From an uncultured Lentimicrobiaceae bacterium (GTDB lineage Bacteria > Bacteroidota > Bacteroidia > Bacteroidales > 4484-276): a DNA stretch of 64,000 nucleotides. The stretch is from positions 1,695 to 65,694 of the forward strand of contig CAZGAO010000015.1 of the NCBI GenBank assembly GCA_964523795.1, written 5' to 3'. The translations under genes and the position numbers were made by a program. Of this stretch, positions 58,710-64,000 are shown one piece after another (within the stretch, counting starts at the first letter, position 1; each line of letters begins with the position of its first letter). The notes under the pieces are model-generated. The model ran no database searches, was not told where the DNA came from, and saw only the letters and a list, made by a program, of their open reading frames with translations.

Positions 58710-59585
58710 ATGTTAGCTAAAATTAAAAATATCACCAGCCTCATCCTCATCGTCCTTGTCGTGGCTTCGTGTACCGAACGAATCGAGATTGATCTGGACG
58801 CGCAAAAGTATGCCCGCCTGGTGGTGGAAGGCGAATTCTCGACCGATACTGCGGCTCATATCGTAAGGCTCACGGTTACCGAAGATTATTTTAGCAACTC
58901 TATGCCTGTGGGGGTTTCCAATGCACAGCTAACGATTTCGGGTGCTGGCGAAGAATATCCGCTTAACGAAATCGTAGCCGGATCAGGCATTTATGCCACC
59001 GATACGCAGGTGGCCGGGCTTGTGGGAGCAGACTATACTCTGCGGATTGTGCTTGATGAAGCCATCGGAGGCGAACAGGAATATACGGCCAATTCAACAA
59101 TCTACCCCATCAACCCGCTCGATTCGATCGGGCTCGAATTTCACGAAGATTGGGCTACCGAGGGTGTTTGGGAAGTAAAGTGCTATGTGTGGGATCCGCC
59201 CACCGAGGATTATTATATGTTTCATATTTATCGCAATGGCGTGCTTGTCAACGATACCATCGACCAGGTGTTTGTAGTGGACGATGCCTTGTACAACGGA
59301 AATTATACTAATGGCATTGGTGTGGGATATTTAAACCAGGCGGACGAGAACGAGCAACTGTTTCCGGGCGACCAGGTAACGCTGCGCGTTTTGCGTATAA
59401 CCAAAGAATACAGCGAGTTTTTGTGGAGTCTTCAGGAGGAAGTCAGTTATCAGTCTCCGCTTTTTAGTGGCCCGCCAGCCAATGTAAAGGGAAATATCAG
59501 TGGCGGTGCCTTTGGAGCTTTTGGTGCTTACAGTGCCAGCTACGCCTCGAAAGTAGTGAAGCCGGAAACTATGGTGGGGTTATAA
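58710..59585 (+). CDS. DUF4249 family lipoprotein
   Basis: Lipobox VASC.E.I..D; LVVEG; PANV.GNI..GA.G.F; follows TBDR. Confidence 0.88.
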   Translation: MLAKIKNITSLILIVLVVASCTERIEIDLDAQKYARLVVEGEFSTDTAAHIVRLTVTEDYFSNSMPVGVSNAQLTISGAGEEYPLNEIVAGSGIYATDTQVAGLVGADYTLRIVLDEAIGGEQEYTANSTIYPINPLDSIGLEFHEDWATEGVWEVKCYVWDPPTEDYYMFHIYRNGVLVNDTIDQVFVVDDALYNGNYTNGIGVGYLNQADENEQLFPGDQVTLRVLRITKEYSEFLWSLQEEVSYQSPLFSGPPANVKGNISGGAFGAFGAYSASYASKVVKPETMVGL

Positions 59586-59598
59586 TGAAATCTCTTTA

Positions 59599-59664
59599 GA
59601 TGTTAGATGTCAGATGTGCGATGTGCGATGTCCGATGTTTACCCCACATCTAAAATCTAAAAAT
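59599..59664. repeat. GAT/ATC 7-mer hairpin without cargo
   Basis: 6 GATGTNN units 59599-59640 then ccacatc taaaatc taaaaat 59644-59664. Confidence 0.75.
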
Positions 59665-59704
59665 TGAAATCGGACACGAAAAGAACACCAGGCTTGCAAT
59701 CCCC

Positions 59705-59730
59705 TTTGTCAGTGAGCCTGCCGAACTGCA
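59705..59730. repeat. REP-like repeat (GTGAGCCTGYCGAAC family), copy 2
   Basis: 25/26 identical to 3633-3658. Confidence 0.7.
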
Positions 59731-59838
59731 GGGATGCGAACCCTTGCCATCTAACATCCAATTCGACCAAGTCACAACGTGAATACTGCCGAGTGATAGC
59801 ACCTATTTTTATAAGACTACTCTGCTCGCTTCACAAAT

Positions 59839-60633
59839 TCACGGTGTGACTTCGATCCCTTTTATTAAAGCCTGCGGAAGCATTAAAAGAAAAGGCAAGG
59901 ACTTTTCGTAATCAAGTTTTTCGTAAAACATTCCCAAGCGTGCCAAATTCTTGTAATAACTCTCGATGTGTGTGTAATAATATTTTTCCGATTGGATATA
60001 CCAGGTTCGTTCGCCCAGTTTTTCTAACAAAAACCACTTTTCGAGCAAGCGTGTAGCACGACCATTGGCATCGCCAAAAGGATGAAGGTTTACAAACGCC
60101 AAATGAATAAAGGTAGCGTAATAAAAAATCTCGTCTATAGTCATCGCTTGCGCTAACAAATTTTCTATCTCGTCCCAAAGTATATCAAACTGCATATTAA
60201 GCTGGTGCAGCGGACAAGCCTCGTATTGTATGCGACCGGTTTTGTGTTGCATAACAAGCATTTCGGTGGTTCTCAAAACACCCCTCTGTCTTTCGGGTAG
60301 TAGATGAGCTGCAATCAGTTTGTGAGCCTCCAAAAAGCTTTGTTTACTAATTTTGTTATCCCTGGCAAATAAATAGGCATTATACAAGTCGTTTGGCTTT
60401 TCGGTGAGCGCAGGCAAATATTCAATATTCAATAATTTATGTTTCACATAGCTATCCAAATCCAATGGTTCGCCCTCTATTTTTGACGAAGACATTACGG
60501 ATACTGAAGTATAAAAAGTAAAACTTTGGGGTTCTAATTCACGCGCTTGAATAGCCAAAAACCTGGTATCAACATCAATATCCAACATCGATTTCCAAGT
60601 TTTAAAATAATCGTGTGTAATAATTTTTCCCAT
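59839..60633 (-). CDS. Fic family protein, class II
   Basis: HPFGDANGRATR catalytic motif; N-terminal SSKIEG inhibitory motif. Confidence 0.92.
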   Translation of the reverse strand: MGKIITHDYFKTWKSMLDIDVDTRFLAIQARELEPQSFTFYTSVSVMSSSKIEGEPLDLDSYVKHKLLNIEYLPALTEKPNDLYNAYLFARDNKISKQSFLEAHKLIAAHLLPERQRGVLRTTEMLVMQHKTGRIQYEACPLHQLNMQFDILWDEIENLLAQAMTIDEIFYYATFIHLAFVNLHPFGDANGRATRLLEKWFLLEKLGERTWYIQSEKYYYTHIESYYKNLARLGMFYEKLDYEKSLPFLLMLPQALIKGIEVTP

Positions 60634-60658
60634 GTTTAAAATCGTATTAAATAAAAGG

Positions 60659-61204
60659 TCAAATATACTGATTGAAACTTACCACTTCCTCAAAATCTTT
60701 TCTTTTCCTCACCGGCTGGTTTTTATAATCGGGATAACCGAGGGTAATCAGCAGGCCGATGGTTTTGTTTTTGGGGATGGCGAGGATTTTTTTAATTGCC
60801 GCTTCGTTAAACCAGCCCAACATGCAGGTACCCAGCCCCAGGTCGGTGGCTTGCAGACAAAAGTGGGCAGCAGCGATGCCCATGTCGATGGGCGGATATT
60901 CCTTGTTTTTGATTTTGCCGCCTATTTGTGCTATCACCTTGGCCTTTTCTAAAAGTACTACGATGATTATCGGTGCCTGTCCAACAAATTTGTTGAAGGC
61001 GATGACCGAATTATAGGTTTCTCTGGCCACCTGGTCAACAAGTGCTGGCTGGTCAACTACTATAAACCGCCAGGGCTGCGAGTTGCAGGCCGAGGGCGAG
61101 AGCCGTGCCGCCTCGATGCACTGGTTTATCTTTTCCCTTTCAACGGCTTTGTCCAGATATTTGCGCGCGCTGAAACGCTGCCTTACTAATTCCGAAAATT
61201 CCAT
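60659..61204 (-). CDS. Nitroreductase family protein
   Basis: R.SARKY, ARLSPSACNSQPWRF, A.DLGLGTC.LG.F. Confidence 0.93.
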   Translation of the reverse strand: MEFSELVRQRFSARKYLDKAVEREKINQCIEAARLSPSACNSQPWRFIVVDQPALVDQVARETYNSVIAFNKFVGQAPIIIVVLLEKAKVIAQIGGKIKNKEYPPIDMGIAAAHFCLQATDLGLGTCMLGWFNEAAIKKILAIPKNKTIGLLITLGYPDYKNQPVRKRKDFEEVVSFNQYI

Positions 61205-61331
61205 AGCGGCAAAATTAGATTAAATTGATGGTAGGAAAAGATTTTGAGGATTAAATGCCAGAATCGTAAAAAAAGAAATTGCTCTTTTGGATGAAAATGC
61301 GAAATTTGCCACGAACAAATCTATGCTTACC

Positions 61332-62693
61332 ATGAAAGAAAATAAAGGATTTTGGGCTGTGTCGCCCATCGATGGCAGGTACCGCAGCAAAACCGAGCCT
61401 TTGCAAAACTATTTTTCGGAGGCTGCTCTCATCAAGTATCGCCTCCAGGTGGAAGTGGAATATTTTATCAGCCTCTGCGCTTATCCGCTCCCTCAGCTCG
61501 ATGACTTCGACTTTTCGTTGTTTGAAAAACTGCGCGATATTTACGAGCATATCAAAACCAAAGATGTACGCCGGATTAAGGAGATAGAAAGCACCACCAA
61601 CCATGATGTGAAGGCGGTGGAGTATTTCCTGAAAGAGAAATTTGATGAGATGGGTTTGAGCCATTACAAAGAGTTTATTCATTTTGGGCTTACCTCGCAG
61701 GACATCAACAACACGGCTGTTCCGCTTGCGCTAAAAGAAGCCCTGCGAAAAGAGGTGCTGCCGCGCATCGATGAAATACAGGCCAAGCTCTACGAACTTT
61801 CGTTTGCATGGAAAGAAGTGCCCATGATTGCCCGAACCCACGGCCAGGCCGCAAGCCCTACCACGGTTGGCAAGGAGCTTTATGTTTTCAACGATCGGCT
61901 CGAAACGCAGCTTAGCCTCCTGCGTTCCATCCCTTCGACAGGGAAATTTGGTGGTGCCACCGGCAACTTCAACGCCCATCATGTCGCCTATCCCGATGTT
62001 GATTGGCTGGATTTTGCCGATGCCTTCCTGCGCACCAAGCTCGGGCTGGAGCGGCAATTTGTAACTACGCAAATAGAGCAGTACGATAGCATGGCCGCCA
62101 TCTTCGATGCCCTGAAACGGATCAACACCATTCTTATCGACATGAGCCGCGATATGTGGACGTACATCTCGATGGATTATTTTAAACAAAAAATTGTAAA
62201 AGGCGAGGTAGGATCATCGGCGATGCCACACAAGGTAAATCCCATCGACTTCGAGAATGCCGAGGGAAACCTGGGCATGGCCAATGCAATATATGCACAC
62301 CTGTCGGCCAAGCTGCCCGTGTCGCGCCTGCAACGCGATCTTACCGATTCCACCGTGAGCCGTAATATCGGCGTTCCGCTGGCGCACTCGCTCATCGCTT
62401 TTCATTCGCTGACCAAAGGCCTGGATAAACTCATCCTGAATCGCGAAAAAATTGATGCCGACCTCAACGACAACTGGGCTGTGGTGGCCGAAGCCATCCA
62501 AACCCTACTGCGGCGCGAAAACTATCCCGACCCCTACGAAGCACTGAAAGAGCTTACACGCACCGGCCAAAAAATTACCCAAGAATCACTGCATCAATTC
62601 ATCGACAAGCTCAAAATTGAAGATGTATTAAAACAGGAAATGAAAAAGATAAGCCCGTTTAATTATATTGGCATCAGCCCCTTTATTGAGTAA
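61332..62693 (+). CDS. purB: Adenylosuccinate lyase
   Basis: SPIDGRY, TNHDVKAVEY, ARTHGQ, GSSAMPHKVNPIDFEN, SRLQRDLTDS; start 61323 or 61332. Confidence 0.97.
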   Translation: MKENKGFWAVSPIDGRYRSKTEPLQNYFSEAALIKYRLQVEVEYFISLCAYPLPQLDDFDFSLFEKLRDIYEHIKTKDVRRIKEIESTTNHDVKAVEYFLKEKFDEMGLSHYKEFIHFGLTSQDINNTAVPLALKEALRKEVLPRIDEIQAKLYELSFAWKEVPMIARTHGQAASPTTVGKELYVFNDRLETQLSLLRSIPSTGKFGGATGNFNAHHVAYPDVDWLDFADAFLRTKLGLERQFVTTQIEQYDSMAAIFDALKRINTILIDMSRDMWTYISMDYFKQKIVKGEVGSSAMPHKVNPIDFENAEGNLGMANAIYAHLSAKLPVSRLQRDLTDSTVSRNIGVPLAHSLIAFHSLTKGLDKLILNREKIDADLNDNWAVVAEAIQTLLRRENYPDPYEALKELTRTGQKITQESLHQFIDKLKIEDVLKQEMKKISPFNYIGISPFIE

Positions 62694-62809
62694 GGATTTT
62701 TTTTGCTGCCCCAGGGATTAACCTGACGCATTCATAAATATTAGCTTTTGCAATATTTATGAATAATGCAGGTTAAAAAAAAACATATTTTTGCCCAAAA
62801 TTTTTATTT

Positions 62810-63298
62810 ATGGAATTAAAAGACATTTTAGCAATATCAGGAAAACCGGGTTTATTCAAAAACATCGGACAGTCGAAAAACGGCGTTATCGTCGAATCGT
62901 TAATTGACCAGAAACGCTTTCCAGCCTTCGCACACGAGCGGATAAGCTCGCTGGCCGAAATCAGCGTTTTCACCACCGGCGAGGATGTGGAACTGCAAAA
63001 AGTTTTCAAGATCATTTTTGACAAATATGAGGGCAAAGAAGCCATCGACTCCAAGTCGGATGGGGAAGCTCTGAAGTCCTTTATGAAGGAAATCCTGCCC
63101 GATTATGATGAAGAGCGCGTTTACACCTCGGATATCAAAAAGCTGGTAAGCTGGTATAATTTACTGGCCGGTGCCGACCTGCTCGAGTTTCCCGAAGAAG
63201 AGGCCGAATCTGAAAGTGCAGAAGCCACCGATGAAGCAGAAACCGAACCTGCCGATGAGGAAAAACCGGAAGCTGCTGCGGAAGATTCAAAATCTTAA
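62810..63298 (+). CDS. DUF5606 family protein
   Basis: ILAISGKPGLF, LPDYDEERVY.SDIKKL..WYN, acidic tail; TATTTTTG at 62786-62793. Confidence 0.9.
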   Translation: MELKDILAISGKPGLFKNIGQSKNGVIVESLIDQKRFPAFAHERISSLAEISVFTTGEDVELQKVFKIIFDKYEGKEAIDSKSDGEALKSFMKEILPDYDEERVYTSDIKKLVSWYNLLAGADLLEFPEEEAESESAEATDEAETEPADEEKPEAAAEDSKS

Positions 63299-64000
63299 TG
63301 TATAAATCAGTCCTTCGTCCCCTTTTATTTCAGTTTTCGCCCGAGCAGATACATCATGTGGTAGTGCATGGGCTAAAGGCAGGCTTTGCTCTTCCCGGCA
63401 TGGCGGCTATGGCCAAGAGCATGACGGCCATCGAGGATCTGCGTTTGGAGCGTGAGGTATTTGGACTGAAGTTTAAAAATCCTGTGGGCGTCGCGGCAGG
63501 CTTCGATAAGCAAGCCGTGATGTACAATCAACTGGCCAGCCTGGGCTTTGGCTTTGTTGAGATTGGAACCATTACACCTAAGCCGCAGCCCGGCAATCCC
63601 AAGCCACGTCTCTTTCGCCTGCCCACGGATAGAGCTCTGATCAACCGGATGGGCTTCAACAATATTGGCGTGGCTGCGGCGGTACACAATTTAAAAAACC
63701 GCAAAACCGACATCATCATTGGCGGCAATATTGGTAAAAATACGGCTACCCCCAACCACAAGGCTATCAACGATTATGTAACTTGCTTCGAGGAGCTTTT
63801 CGATTATGTCGATTATTTTGTGGTAAACGTGAGTTGTCCCAACATCACCGATTTGCGCGAATTGCAGGATCAGGAAAAGCTGACGCAGATTTTGCTCCGC
63901 CTACAGGAACTTAACTTTGACCAGCCATTACAAAAACCCGTTTTGCTTAAAGTATCGCCCGACCTTAACGAGCAGCAGCTCGACGAAGTGATCGACATCG
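63298..64000 (+). CDS. pyrD: Quinone-dependent dihydroorotate dehydrogenase (runs off the window; absent from the ORF track)
   Basis: TAATG coupling at 63296-63300; my translation gives FKNPVGVAAGFDK, GFGFVEIGTITPKPQPGNPKPRLFRL, INRMGFNN, VNVSCPN. Confidence 0.95.
   Translation, partial: MYKSVLRPLLFQFSPEQIHHVVVHGLKAGFALPGMAAMAKSMTAIEDLRLEREVFGLKFKNPVGVAAGFDKQAVMYNQLASLGFGFVEIGTITPKPQPGNPKPRLFRLPTDRALINRMGFNNIGVAAAVHNLKNRKTDIIIGGNIGKNTATPNHKAINDYVTCFEELFDYVDYFVVNVSCPNITDLRELQDQEKLTQILLRLQELNFDQPLQKPVLLKVSPDLNEQQLDEVIDI

Overview
Chromosomal segment of a Bacteroidota bacterium, probably Bacteroidales-like (TAnnTTTG -7 promoter boxes, AT-rich leaders, Bacteroidota-type protein families). About 50 CDS. 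Main blocks: an AT-rich accessory left end (internally deleted MutS-like gene, serine hydrolase, possible decayed attC-like sites); a stand-alone DnaE2-type polymerase; an RND efflux triad; fused FTCD; a SusC/D-less beta-1,3-glucan locus (GH16, MFS, GH158-like, GH149-like); an A2-type heme-copper O2 reductase cluster (cyt c, sco, I, III, IV, II-cyt c, ctaB; no ctaA); and housekeeping genes (PNP, divergent ychF, mltG, dapF, mtaB, yigZ, trmD, recR, purB, pyrD partial). No rRNA, tRNA, CRISPR array, integrase or transposase was seen. The most unexplained structure is non-coding: many intergenic gaps carry complementary 7-mer tandem arrays that bracket variable cargo, a miniature element family with TAGTGTYTG termini whose TAG coincides with gene stop codons, and several REP-like hairpin families. 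Family assignments come from motif recognition only; no database searches were run.
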